Assembly: GCA_963706575.1 (NCBI GenBank)
Contig: CAVPNL010000014.1
Coordinates: forward strand, 32,001 to 96,000
Origin: an uncultured delta proteobacterium
GTDB lineage: Bacteria; Desulfobacterota; Desulfobacteria; Desulfobacterales; JAHEIW01
Length of the DNA: 64,000 nucleotides
Reading direction: 5' to 3'
Part shown: positions 40,254-50,158 of the stretch, piece by piece
How positions within the stretch are numbered: the stretch's first letter is position 1
Layout: each line of letters begins with the position of its first letter
The notes under the pieces: generated by a model
Seen by the model: the letters and a program-made list of their open reading frames with translations, nothing else
Told to the model about the DNA's origin: nothing
Database searches by the model: none
Program-made: the position numbers and the translations under genes

Positions 40254-42356
40254 ATGGCCCTAAAACGCATCACCAAGCATCCCATCCTGGATATTCCGGA
40301 AAATAAAGAAGTCGCCTTTACCTGGAATGGGAAAAAGTTGACCGGGTATGAAGGCGAAATGATATCGTCAGCTCTTTTTGCCAACGACATTCACATATTC
40401 GGCCATCATCCCAAGGATAACAGCCCCCAGGGTATGTTTTGTGCCAATGGGCAGTGCTCTCAATGCCTGGTTATTGCCGATGGCCTGCCGGTCAAGTCGT
40501 GCATGACGCCCCTGGTGGAGGGCATGGCCGTTGGAAGTGTCGAAGGGCTGCCCCAACTGCCGGCAGATGATACCGAACCTCGAATCCCAGCGGTGGCCAT
40601 TAGAGAGGTGGACGTTTTGATCATCGGTGCCGGCCCGGCGGGACTGGCGGCGGCGGTGGAGCTGGGCAAGCTGGGAGTCGAAACCCTGCTCATCGATGAT
40701 AAAGACCGGGCCGGGGGAAAACTGGTTCTGCAGACCCATAAGTTCTTCGGCTCGGTTGAAGATTCTTATGCGGGGACCCGCGGCTTTGAAATCGCGGCCA
40801 TTTTAGAAGAAGAGATCGCCAAACTGGCGTCGGTTGAAATCTGGCTCAATACCACAGCGGTGGGTGTTTTTTCAGATAATATTATCGGTGCTGTTCAAAA
40901 TGCTAAAACCATCCGCTACAAGCAAATAAGGCCTAAGAAGCTGCTGATCGCCACCGGCGCCAGAGAAAAAATGCTGTCGTTTCCGGGAAACACCTTGCCG
41001 GGGGTTTACGGTGCCGGTGCGTTTCAAACACTGGTCAATCGCGATCTGATAAAATCCTCTGAAAAGGTGCTTATCGTCGGCGGCGGCAATGTGGGGCTCA
41101 TCGCCGGCTATCATGCCATCCAGGCCGGCATCGAGGTGGTGGCGCTCATTGAAGCCTTACCTCAGGTCGGCGGTTATAAGGTGCATGCCGACAAACTCAA
41201 GCGGCTGGGGGTGCCGATTTTGACCGGTCACACCGTTGTGGCGGCCGGTGGAAAGAAAAAAGTGGAAACCGTCACCGTTGCCCGCCTGGATCGGAACTGG
41301 AAGGTCGTGCCGGATACCCATAAAACATTTGAAGTGGATACTGTCCTGATTGCGGTCGGTCTGGCCGAAGTCAACGAATTTTATTTAAAAGCCAAAAAGT
41401 GGCAAATGGATGTCTTTTGTGCGGGAGACGCCCAGGAAATTGCCGAAGCGTCCGCGGCGATGTTCACCGGCAAAATCGAAGGTCTGAAAATCGCCCAATC
41501 CCTCGGGTTGCCGGTCGGCAAGATCCCCGCTGAGTGGGATCAGAAAGCCATCATCTTAAAATCCAAGCCGGGGCCCGCTGTGAGCCGCAAGCAACCGGCC
41601 CGGGAGCAGGGAGTTTTTCCGATTTTTCACTGTTATCAGGAAGTCCCCTGCAATCCCTGCGCGTCGGTTTGTCCGGTCGACGCCATTCGAACCGAGCAGG
41701 ATGAAATCACCGGTCTGCCCTATATCACCGATTTGGATGCCTGTACCGGCTGCGGCAGCTGCGTGGCCGTTTGCCCGGGGCTGTCGATGGTCCTGGTCGA
41801 TTACCGCGAGGACCCCGAGCATCCGCTGGTCACCCTGCCCTATGAAATCTGGCGCGAACGGGTTGAAGTCGGCCAGAAAGTGCCGATCACCGATGTGGAC
41901 GGTGCTATCCTGGGATATTATCCCGTAGAAAAAGTATCGACCCGGCGAAAATATCCAGGCACCCTGCTGGTACGGATAAAAGTCGATAAAAAAGTGGCCA
42001 AAGCGGCCATGGGCATCTGGGTACAGGAAAAACAAACGGAACCCTCCCGGATTTATGAAAAAGAGCTGCCGCCGGATGACGCCATCATCTGTCGTTGTGA
42101 GCGTATAACCGCCGGTGAAATCAAAGCGGCCATCCGCAAGGGCGTCAGAGATATCAACCAACTGAAAGCCTTGACCCGGGTCGGCATGGGTGCCTGTGGT
42201 TCAAAGACCTGCCGGCCGATGATCTGGCGGATCTTTCAGGAAGAAGACATTGATCTGGAAACGGTAACGGATCGGGTCGATCGGCCCCTGTTTGTCGAGG
42301 TTCCGCTCGGGATACTGGCCGGGAAACGCAAAGGAGGTCGCCGTGCAAACAAGTGA
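40254..42356 (+). CDS. Fused Fe-S flavoprotein ([2Fe-2S] + FAD/NAD domain + 2x[4Fe-4S] + BFD-like); proline dehydrogenase/sarcosine oxidase/HcnAB alpha-like
   Basis: CANGQCSQC, IIGAGPAG, ATGAREK, CNPCASVCP, CTGCGSCVAVCPG, CRCE..GACGSKTC; start ATG 40254 after GGAGG. Confidence 0.85.
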   Translation: MALKRITKHPILDIPENKEVAFTWNGKKLTGYEGEMISSALFANDIHIFGHHPKDNSPQGMFCANGQCSQCLVIADGLPVKSCMTPLVEGMAVGSVEGLPQLPADDTEPRIPAVAIREVDVLIIGAGPAGLAAAVELGKLGVETLLIDDKDRAGGKLVLQTHKFFGSVEDSYAGTRGFEIAAILEEEIAKLASVEIWLNTTAVGVFSDNIIGAVQNAKTIRYKQIRPKKLLIATGAREKMLSFPGNTLPGVYGAGAFQTLVNRDLIKSSEKVLIVGGGNVGLIAGYHAIQAGIEVVALIEALPQVGGYKVHADKLKRLGVPILTGHTVVAAGGKKKVETVTVARLDRNWKVVPDTHKTFEVDTVLIAVGLAEVNEFYLKAKKWQMDVFCAGDAQEIAEASAAMFTGKIEGLKIAQSLGLPVGKIPAEWDQKAIILKSKPGPAVSRKQPAREQGVFPIFHCYQEVPCNPCASVCPVDAIRTEQDEITGLPYITDLDACTGCGSCVAVCPGLSMVLVDYREDPEHPLVTLPYEIWRERVEVGQKVPITDVDGAILGYYPVEKVSTRRKYPGTLLVRIKVDKKVAKAAMGIWVQEKQTEPSRIYEKELPPDDAIICRCERITAGEIKAAIRKGVRDINQLKALTRVGMGACGSKTCRPMIWRIFQEEDIDLETVTDRVDRPLFVEVPLGILAGKRKGGRRANK

Positions 42357-43494
42357 TGTCATCCTTGTCGGGGCCGGGTCGGTGGGCACGCCGACAGCCG
42401 TGGCCTTAGCTGAACTGGGTATTAAGACCCGGGTGATCGATATGCATCCGTCACCGGGCCAGGGCGAAAACAAACACGCCATCGGCGGCATCCGGGCTAC
42501 CCATTCGGATCCGGTTAAAATTCTGACCTGTCGGCGGTCGCTGGAAATATTCGCAAGCTGGGAAAAACGGTACGGCGACGACATCGAATGGCTCAAAGGC
42601 GGCTATGTTTTCCCGGTTTACCGCAAATCCGATGAAACCATGTTAAAAAAACTGCTGCCGGTCCAGCACAAATTCGGCCTCAACATCGATTATCTGGGGC
42701 CAAAAGAAATCCAGGAGGTGATACCGGGTATAAATCCAAAGGGGTTGCGGGGGGGCACCGTTTCACCGGATGATGGCTCGATCTCGCCGTTATTGGCGGT
42801 GAACGCCTTTTATCGCCGGGCCGTCGATCTGGGCGTCGAGTTTCATTTCAAGGAGCGCGTTCGCAAAATACGGGTTAAGGAAGACAAAGTGATCGGCGTG
42901 GAAACCGATCAGTCTGAATATAGCGCCCCAATTGTTGTTGATACGGCCGGACCTTTTTCAACGGAGTTGGGCCGGACTGTCGGCATCGACCTTCCGGTGG
43001 TTCCGGATTCCCACGAAGCCGCCGTCACAGAACCGGTCAGGCCGTTTTTTAAGTGCATGGTGGTGGACATCCGCCCCGGGCCGGGATCAAAAAATTTTTA
43101 TTTCTACCAGAATCTGCACGGACAGGTGATTTTTTGCATCACCCCCGACCCGCCCATCATCGGAACAGACAAAGGGGAAACTTCCATATTTCTGCCCCAG
43201 GTCAGTGCCCGCATCGTGCACCTGCTTCCACGGCTTAAAAATCTTAGAGTGCGCCGAACCTGGCGCGGTCTTTATCCGATGACCCCGGACGGCGCACCGG
43301 TGGTGGGATGGAACCGCCGGATTCGCGGTCTGCTGCACGCCACCGGGATGTGCGGCCAGGGGTTGATGCTGGGACCGGGGACCGGGGAAGTGGTTGCCCG
43401 CATGATCTCGGATCAGACCACCGATGACGATCAAATGATTTTAGAAGCGTTCTCGCCTTACAGAAAATTCAAAGGGCAGGAAGCACTCAAGTGA
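42343..43494 (+). CDS. FAD-dependent amino-acid oxidoreductase, DAO family (proline dehydrogenase/sarcosine oxidase beta-like)
   Basis: VGAGSVG, WRGLYPMTPDGAP, GMCGQGLMLGP; GTG start after AAGGAGG. Confidence 0.88.
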   Translation: MQTSDVILVGAGSVGTPTAVALAELGIKTRVIDMHPSPGQGENKHAIGGIRATHSDPVKILTCRRSLEIFASWEKRYGDDIEWLKGGYVFPVYRKSDETMLKKLLPVQHKFGLNIDYLGPKEIQEVIPGINPKGLRGGTVSPDDGSISPLLAVNAFYRRAVDLGVEFHFKERVRKIRVKEDKVIGVETDQSEYSAPIVVDTAGPFSTELGRTVGIDLPVVPDSHEAAVTEPVRPFFKCMVVDIRPGPGSKNFYFYQNLHGQVIFCITPDPPIIGTDKGETSIFLPQVSARIVHLLPRLKNLRVRRTWRGLYPMTPDGAPVVGWNRRIRGLLHATGMCGQGLMLGPGTGEVVARMISDQTTDDDQMILEAFSPYRKFKGQEALK

Positions 43495-43590
43495 TTGGTC
43501 AAATGGTTAAATGGTCGATTCGTCAAATAGTTAAAAAAAGATATCATCCAATAACCAATTGACTATTCGACCATTTAACTAATTAACCAA
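43495..43590. repeat. Periodic palindrome, 9-mer TGGTYRAA family
   Basis: ttggtcaaa tggttaaa tggtcgat tcgtcaaa tagttaa ... ttgacta ttcgacca tttaacta attaaccaa. Confidence 0.8.
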
Positions 43591-43693
43591 AATTGAGGCT
43601 TGATTGAGAATCGGCTTAAATGTATAGAGAAGATTTTAAACATTTTAAATAACCAGTAACCAGCTGTGCCAGTAACCCATTAAGGAGTAAAAA

Positions 43694-45835
43694 ATGCCGG
43701 ATTACAATTTGAAAGAAACCCAAACCCTGGAATATAAGAGACCCGATGTTGTAAAGGGCTATGCCGATCAGACCTTATATATCAATCTTTCGGATCCGCA
43801 GATCGAAATTAAACCGGTCGCCGAAGAAACCAAAAAAACATTTATCGGCGGCAAAGGATATGATCTCTGGCTGTTGTGGAATGCGGTTCAGCCTTCCACC
43901 CGGTGGAATGATCCTGAAAATGCCCTGTGTATTGCGGCCGGCCCGCTGGGGGGGACGCCCATTTATCCGGGTTCCGGTAAAAGCATCGTGGCGACCCTTT
44001 CACCGACAACGGGATCGGTAATGGATTCCAACGTTGGCGGATATTTCGGCCCCTATCTTAAATTTTCCGGTTTCGATGCCCTCGAAATCCAGGGCAAAAG
44101 TGCAAAAGAAATGGTCGTTTTTATCGACGGCGTCAATCAAAAAGTCCAGATCTTTGAAACCAGTGGTCTGCCGGAAAACGCCTACGAACTGTCCGCAATT
44201 TTAACCGAGCACTTTGCCCAGGGAAAACCACGAAATATTTCGGTGGTATCGACCGGCCCCGGGGCTAAAAACACCTTAATCGGCTGCCTCAATTTTACCT
44301 GGTATGATCCCAAACGCAAACGCGCCCGATACAAGCAGGCCGGCCGCGGCGGTGTCGGGACCGTTTTTGCCGACAAGGGACTGAAAGCAGTGGTGGCCTG
44401 CTGGAACAATGTCACCGCCGATACCAATGCCCCGGCGGACAAAGCCCGTCTGAAAACGGTGGCCAAAATGCATTCGCGCGAAGTCGTGGAACTGGATCCC
44501 AAGCAAAACGAAATGGCCAAAATCGGCACCACCCATCTGGTCACCATTATGAATGACCACGACCTGCTGCCGACCCACAATTTTCGTTACGGCCAGCACG
44601 CCCAGGCCCCCAACCTGGGACAGAAAGTGTACCGGCTCCTGTTTGATCCGGGTTTTGACGGCTGTTGGATGGGCTGCACTGTAGCCTGCTCGCACGGTAT
44701 CAAGGATTTTGTCCCCCTAACCGGACCTTATAAAGGTAAAAAAGTTTTTGTCGACGGACCCGAGTACGAAACCATCGCCGGCTGCGGCTCGAATCTGGGC
44801 ATATTCGATCCTCATACGGTTGCCGAAATGAATTTCTATTGTGATGCCTACGGCCTGGATACGATATCGGTGGGGACCGGAATTGCCTTTGCCATGGAAT
44901 GCTTTGAAATGGGATTGATCAACGAAACCCATACCGGCGGTTTGGACCTTCACTTCGGCAACCGGCTCGGTGCCCTGGAACTGGTGCACCAAATGGCGGC
45001 CGGCGAAGGCTTCGGCCAAATCGTCGGCCAGGGGGTCCGCATAATGAAAGCCATTTTCGCAAAAGATTTCGGGGCGGATGCGGATATTATGCAGGATATC
45101 GGTATGGAAGCCAAAGGGCTGGAATTTTCGGAATATATGACCAAGGAATCTTTGGCCCAGCAGGGCGGTTACGGACTGGCGCTGAAAGGCCCGCAGCATG
45201 ACGAAGCTTGGCTCATATTTCTGGATATGGTTCATAACTTTATGCCAACTTTCGAGCAAAAAGCAGAAGCACTGCACTGGTTCCCCATGTTTCGAACCTG
45301 GTTCGGGCTCTGCGGCCTGTGCAAGCTGCCCTGGAATGATGTCATTCCGGAAGATAACAAAGCCACTCCCGAACCGGCCAAGGTAATGAAACATGTCCAG
45401 TGGTATGCGGATTATTTCAGTGCCATTACCGGTAACGAATCCGGTCCCGAGGATCTGATTAAAATGAGCGAATCCGTTTATAATTTTCAGCGGATATTTA
45501 ACCTGCGGATGGGTTTCGGCCGCCGCCAACACGATGCGATTCCCTACCGCGCTGTGGGACCGGTGACCGAAGATGAATATGAATCCCGCGCCGAGCGTTA
45601 CGATAAACAGCTGACTGAAACGTATAAGATGGATATCGACGGTAAAAGTACCGCTGAAAAACTTGCCACTTTGCGCAAACACCGCGAAGAACAATACGAA
45701 AAACTCAAGGATGCGGTTTATAAGCGCAGAGGATGGACACCGGATGGGATTCCGACACAAAAAACCGCCAAACGCCTCGGAATCGATTTTGATGAAGTCG
45801 TGGAATTGCTCAAGGCCAACGGAGTGAATTCATGA
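43694..45835 (+). CDS. aor: Aldehyde:ferredoxin oxidoreductase (tungsten AOR/WOR family)
   Basis: SNVGG, AGRGGVG, CWMGCTVAC, GPEYET, DAYGLD, GLCK, RGW..DGIPT. Confidence 0.92.
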   Translation: MPDYNLKETQTLEYKRPDVVKGYADQTLYINLSDPQIEIKPVAEETKKTFIGGKGYDLWLLWNAVQPSTRWNDPENALCIAAGPLGGTPIYPGSGKSIVATLSPTTGSVMDSNVGGYFGPYLKFSGFDALEIQGKSAKEMVVFIDGVNQKVQIFETSGLPENAYELSAILTEHFAQGKPRNISVVSTGPGAKNTLIGCLNFTWYDPKRKRARYKQAGRGGVGTVFADKGLKAVVACWNNVTADTNAPADKARLKTVAKMHSREVVELDPKQNEMAKIGTTHLVTIMNDHDLLPTHNFRYGQHAQAPNLGQKVYRLLFDPGFDGCWMGCTVACSHGIKDFVPLTGPYKGKKVFVDGPEYETIAGCGSNLGIFDPHTVAEMNFYCDAYGLDTISVGTGIAFAMECFEMGLINETHTGGLDLHFGNRLGALELVHQMAAGEGFGQIVGQGVRIMKAIFAKDFGADADIMQDIGMEAKGLEFSEYMTKESLAQQGGYGLALKGPQHDEAWLIFLDMVHNFMPTFEQKAEALHWFPMFRTWFGLCGLCKLPWNDVIPEDNKATPEPAKVMKHVQWYADYFSAITGNESGPEDLIKMSESVYNFQRIFNLRMGFGRRQHDAIPYRAVGPVTEDEYESRAERYDKQLTETYKMDIDGKSTAEKLATLRKHREEQYEKLKDAVYKRRGWTPDGIPTQKTAKRLGIDFDEVVELLKANGVNS

Positions 45836-46029
45836 TTGAGGTGGCCGGCAAGCAGATGGCCTGGCAGGAAGGTATGACGGTTTCAGACCTGCTCGAGGCG
45901 CTTAAAGATCCGCACCCTTATGCCGTGGTCCGTATAAACGAGCAGTACGTCACCCAACCCAATTTCGAGCATACTCTCATCCCCGATGATGCAGAAGTCT
46001 TTTTGATTCCGATGATTGCCGGGGGGTAA
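45832..46029 (+). CDS. ThiS/MoaD family sulfur carrier protein
   Basis: 65 aa, C-terminal IAGG, ATGA overlap with aor. Confidence 0.9.
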   Translation: MIEVAGKQMAWQEGMTVSDLLEALKDPHPYAVVRINEQYVTQPNFEHTLIPDDAEVFLIPMIAGG

Positions 46030-46039
46030 GCTGGCGCTG

Positions 46040-46164
46040 GCACATGGCATAGGGCATAGCGCATAGCGAAAACGATTAGCGCTATGCCGCATTATTGCTA
46101 CGCCATGCTCTCTGCCCTATGCGCTATGCCTTTCCCTTCAGGCCCTATGCGCTATGCGCCATGC
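46040..46164. repeat. Periodic palindrome, 7-mer GCATRGC family, copy 2
   Basis: gcatagg gcatagc gcatagc ... cctatgc gctatgc ... cctatgc gctatgc gccatgc. Confidence 0.8.
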
Positions 46165-46687
46165 TTTTTTTTCTTTGACACCCGCAGTTCCGCCAGCCCG
46201 GTCCCATTCTTATCTGTTCCTTGATGTTCATGATGGCTTCAGAATTTGCAATCCGGTTAAGGATGTGATATTCTTAATAATCATTAACATACACGCCACG
46301 AAGGCCAGAAAAAAACGCCGGATATTCAAACTTAAGTTTTTAGTGGTAGGCTCCGATATTAACTAGAACCCCAATTGAGTGTTTATCGCTCAATTCGGAG
46401 AGAACCCTTGTTCTTTGTCAAATGATAACCGTATCAGGCGGATAAGCGTCACCGGATCTCAAAAGCTGCGGCATTTTTCCAGGGAGGTTTCGAACCAGGC
46501 CCCCTGACGGTAAATCTGCAAATCGGATGTGAACTCCACAGCCACCCGTGCCAGGGATGGCGACTTGCTCTTGGATATTCCGTGAAATATCTTGACTTAT
46601 CTTGGATTATGTAATTAATTTTATGCACCTGCATTGATTTTGTTGAAAACTTCATTGCTAAAATAACCAAGAGGGCACAAAGTTCAC

Positions 46688-46987
46688 ATGCTTATATTTA
46701 GAAATCTGTTAGTTGCGGTAGCAACGGTGCTTGAATATGTGCTGGTTTTTTTTATGTTCATCACGATTGCCCGCGCAGTCCTGTCATGGGTAAGCCCGGA
46801 TCCATACAACCCGATCGTGCGTTTTATTCATAATGTGACGGAACCGGTCCTTTATCAAATTCGCAAAAGATTGCCGATGATGTATGGCGGCATCGATTTT
46901 TCTCCGATTGTTGTAATTCTCATCATCATTTTTCTGCGAATCTTTTTGGTCGACAGCCTGGAAGGCTTGGCTAACTCTTTAAGATAA
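46688..46987 (+). CDS. yggT: YggT family membrane protein
   Basis: LSWVSPDPYNP, TEPVL, GIDFSPI. Confidence 0.93.
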   Translation: MLIFRNLLVAVATVLEYVLVFFMFITIARAVLSWVSPDPYNPIVRFIHNVTEPVLYQIRKRLPMMYGGIDFSPIVVILIIIFLRIFLVDSLEGLANSLR

Positions 46988-47009
46988 GAGGAAAGGCAGG
47001 TGCACACCA

Positions 47010-47513
47010 ATGAAAGTTACCCCCCTTGACATCCAGCAGCAGCAATTCAAAACTCGATTCCGTGGGTTTGACATTCGAGAGGTTGATACCTTCCTGGAGC
47101 AGATGGCGGAGACTGTCGAAAGTCTGCAGAAAAAAAACCAGAATCTGGGTGACGAAGTTCGGCGGTTGGAACTGGAAATCCAGGGATATCGCAAGCGGGA
47201 AGAAACCTTCAAAAGGGCCTTACTTAATTCTCAAAAAGTATTGGACCAGATGAAAGATAACGCCCGCAGATCGGCCGAACTGATTATCGCTGAAGCTGAG
47301 GTGAAAGCTGAAAAAATTCTGAACAAAGCCCACAATCGTCTGTCACAGCTGCACGAAGATATTATGGAGCTGAAACGACAGCGGACTCAAATCGAGGTTC
47401 AGATCAGTTCGATCATCGAAGCACATTCCAGATTGCTCGAAATTGGAAAAGAAGGCATGAAAGAATCGGACGAGGAAGATGCCAAAGTCAAATTGCTGAA
47501 AAAATCGAGCTAG
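47010..47513 (+). CDS. divIVA: DivIVA domain protein
   Basis: TPLDIQQQQFKTRFRGFDIREVDTFL plus coiled coil. Confidence 0.92.
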   Translation: MKVTPLDIQQQQFKTRFRGFDIREVDTFLEQMAETVESLQKKNQNLGDEVRRLELEIQGYRKREETFKRALLNSQKVLDQMKDNARRSAELIIAEAEVKAEKILNKAHNRLSQLHEDIMELKRQRTQIEVQISSIIEAHSRLLEIGKEGMKESDEEDAKVKLLKKSS

Positions 47514-47528
47514 AAGCAGGAACATTCA

Positions 47529-47630
47529 ATAAGACCGCCTGAAACGAATGCACGGGAGCATCCAGTATGCGGGTCAACATGCTCTCGAATGTTAGTTGTA
47601 AACGTTTGCTTTCGTTTCAGGCGGTCTTAT
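47529..47630. repeat. ~100-bp element with a 20-bp perfect terminal inverted repeat (MITE-like)
   Basis: ATAAGACCGCCTGAAACGAA / TTCGTTTCAGGCGGTCTTAT; inner GAGCAT..ATGCTC stem. Confidence 0.7.
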
Positions 47631-47701
47631 CAGAACTAGAGAACCAGAAGAGATACCGAACACAACCTCAAACCAGATTGTTGCGAAACCAGGAGTGGTG
47701 A

Positions 47702-48784
47702 ATGGCAAAAATTGATGCATTTTTTAAACTGATGAATGAACAGGGTGCTTCGGACTTACACCTGGCTTCCGGGCAACCCCCGGCACTTAGAATCAGAGGC
47801 GATATTGAACGGATCAAATACAAAGTCCTCAATAGCGATGACCTCAGGGCCATGCTCTACGAAATCGCCCCGGAGCACAAGGTCAAAGTATTTGAAGAAT
47901 CGGGGGATATTGATTTTGCATACGAAATCCCGGGCCTGGCCCGTTATCGCGCCAATTTTTTTATGCAACGAAACGGCGTGGGCGCCGTCTTCCGGGAAAT
48001 TCCCAGCACGATCATGACAGCCGAACAATTGGGTCTGCCGGCAGTCGTATCAAAACTGGCCACGCTTCCCAGAGGTCTGGTGCTGGTGACCGGACCGACC
48101 GGCAGCGGCAAATCCACCACTTTGGCATCCATTATCGATGTGGCCAATCGCGCTCGCAAAGATCATATCATTACGGTGGAAGACCCCATCGAATTTGTTC
48201 ATCAGAGTCAAAGCTGTATTGTAAACCATCGCGAGGTTGGCCTCCATACTGAAACCTTTTCGGCCGCATTGCGCGGTGCGTTGCGTGAAGACCCGGATAT
48301 TATTCTGGTTGGCGAAATGCGCGACCTTGAAACCATTTCCCTGGCCGTTGAAGCTGCTTCAACCGGACATTTGGTTTTCTCCACCCTGCACACTTCCAGC
48401 GCTTATAAAACCGTCGACCGTGTCATCGAAGTCTTCCCGTCCCATGAACAGCCCTTGATTCGCTCGACCCTGTCGGACGGGCTAAGGGCCGTCATCGCCC
48501 AAACCCTTTTTAAGCGAGTCGATCGTAAGGGGCGAATCGTGGCCCTCGAAATTTTAATCGCCAATCCGGCAGTTCGCAACCTGATCCGTGAAGGCAAAAC
48601 CCACCAGATACCGTCCATGATTCAAACCGGGAAAAAATACGGCATGGTTTTGCTGGATGACTACATAATGCAGTTGTACAAAGGCGGTAAAATTAGTGCC
48701 GATGAAGCCTATGCCAAAGCCAATGAAAAGGCAAAATTCAGGCCTTTGCTCAGTGCGCCACCGACGGATTTTACCGAGGTCTGA
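47702..48784 (+). CDS. pilT: Type IV pilus retraction ATPase
   Basis: GPTGSGKSTT, EDPIE, LREDPD, AVRNLIRE. Confidence 0.95.
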   Translation: MAKIDAFFKLMNEQGASDLHLASGQPPALRIRGDIERIKYKVLNSDDLRAMLYEIAPEHKVKVFEESGDIDFAYEIPGLARYRANFFMQRNGVGAVFREIPSTIMTAEQLGLPAVVSKLATLPRGLVLVTGPTGSGKSTTLASIIDVANRARKDHIITVEDPIEFVHQSQSCIVNHREVGLHTETFSAALRGALREDPDIILVGEMRDLETISLAVEAASTGHLVFSTLHTSSAYKTVDRVIEVFPSHEQPLIRSTLSDGLRAVIAQTLFKRVDRKGRIVALEILIANPAVRNLIREGKTHQIPSMIQTGKKYGMVLLDDYIMQLYKGGKISADEAYAKANEKAKFRPLLSAPPTDFTEV

Positions 48785-48828
48785 TTTGACAAATTGAGTA
48801 GACGTTTTCTTTGGATATATTGATATTT

Positions 48829-48915
48829 AACCACGAAGGGCACGAAGCATACAAAGCATAGAACAAAAATTTTTAATCTTAGTATATCTTCGTGTCCTTA
48901 GTGTTCTTCGTGGTG
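48829..48915. repeat. Periodic palindrome, 9-mer CACGAAG family
   Basis: accacgaagg gcacgaagc atacaaagc ... cttcgtgtc cttagtgtt cttcgtggt. Confidence 0.75.
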
Positions 48916-48973
48916 ATTTCCATAAAACAATTTGGCAGGCTAACCCATTATATAAGACAATAAAGGTTGCACC

Positions 48974-50140
48974 ATGAAAAAACAGGAAATCGACCATATA
49001 CTGGTCAAAATGCTTGATTATCATCGGGAGGTTTCGGACCTGAACTTTACGGTGGGCAAACCCATGCAGGTGGAAAGCGCCGGTGAATTGATTCCGGTTG
49101 ATTTTAAGCCCAACTTTAAGGCGCTGACCCCCTTTCAGACCGAAGTCATTGCCATGAATCTCATCGACCAGGACCGTCGTCTGACAAAGGCACTGCTGAC
49201 CACCGGCTCCTGCGACATGTCTTACAGTCTGCCGGGCAAAGCCCGCTTCCGCGTGAACATATTTTCCCAGGGTGCCAACATCTCCATCGTCCTGCGGAAA
49301 CTGGAATCCAAAATTCCGACTATCGAGGAGCGTGAACTTCCCAAAACCATGTTCCAGATTGCCAAGGATGTCAACGGGATCGTGTTTGTCACCGGTGCCA
49401 CCGGATCCGGTAAAACCACCACCCTGGCAGCCATCCTCGATGAAATCAACGAAAACAAATCGGTGCATATCATCACCTTGGAAGATCCGGTTGAATATCA
49501 ACACCCCCATAAGAAATCCACCTTCAACCAGCGCGAGCTGGGCATGGATTTTGACACCTATGCCCATGGCCTGCGGGCGGCTTTGCGCCAGGCGCCCAAG
49601 GTGATTCTGGTCGGCGAGATGCGCGATCGCGAGACGATCGAGATCGGCCTGCGGGCGGCCGAAACCGGCCATCTGGTTTTAACCACGCTGCACACCGTGG
49701 ATGCCGGCTCAACGGTAAATCGTCTTTTGGGTATGTTCTCCACCGAAGATGCCGAACAGATTCGCATCCGTCTGGCCGATACCATGCGCTGGGTCGTATC
49801 CCAGCGGCTGCTGCCCAAGGTGGGAGGCGGTCGGGTGGCCACCTTTGAAATTCTGGGGAGTAATCTGAGGGTCAAGGACCTGATTTTGCATGGGGAGTCG
49901 GAAGGCAAAACATTTTACGAAATCATGGAGGCCAGCAATGCGTTTGGCATGATCACCTTCGACCAGCACATTATCGGCCTGTTCGAACAGGGTCTGATTT
50001 CCCAGGAAACGGCGTTGGGGTATTGCTCCCAAAAAGGTGTGGTGGGCCGCGGTATCGACTCCATCAAAAGTGCCCGCGGGGAGGCCACCACCGATATCGG
50101 AAATCTTGAGATCGATCGAAACTATGCTAAATCCGTTTAA
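48974..50140 (+). CDS. pilU: PilT/PilU family retraction ATPase paralog
   Basis: GATGSGKTTT, EDPVE, LRQAP; lacks the AIRNLIRE motif. Confidence 0.8.
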   Translation: MKKQEIDHILVKMLDYHREVSDLNFTVGKPMQVESAGELIPVDFKPNFKALTPFQTEVIAMNLIDQDRRLTKALLTTGSCDMSYSLPGKARFRVNIFSQGANISIVLRKLESKIPTIEERELPKTMFQIAKDVNGIVFVTGATGSGKTTTLAAILDEINENKSVHIITLEDPVEYQHPHKKSTFNQRELGMDFDTYAHGLRAALRQAPKVILVGEMRDRETIEIGLRAAETGHLVLTTLHTVDAGSTVNRLLGMFSTEDAEQIRIRLADTMRWVVSQRLLPKVGGGRVATFEILGSNLRVKDLILHGESEGKTFYEIMEASNAFGMITFDQHIIGLFEQGLISQETALGYCSQKGVVGRGIDSIKSARGEATTDIGNLEIDRNYAKSV

Positions 50141-50158
50141 GGTTGAGGAATAACCGTT

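Noticed and set aside
46480..46505. GGTTCGAAACC on the minus strand resembling a tRNA T-loop
   Set aside because: The T-stem does not pair and no cloverleaf can be built.
46390..46585. Minus-strand frame reading ...LEKCRSF-TGA-DPVTL..., a possible selenocysteine read-through
   Set aside because: No start codon or RBS, no CxxU-type motif and no recognisable family.
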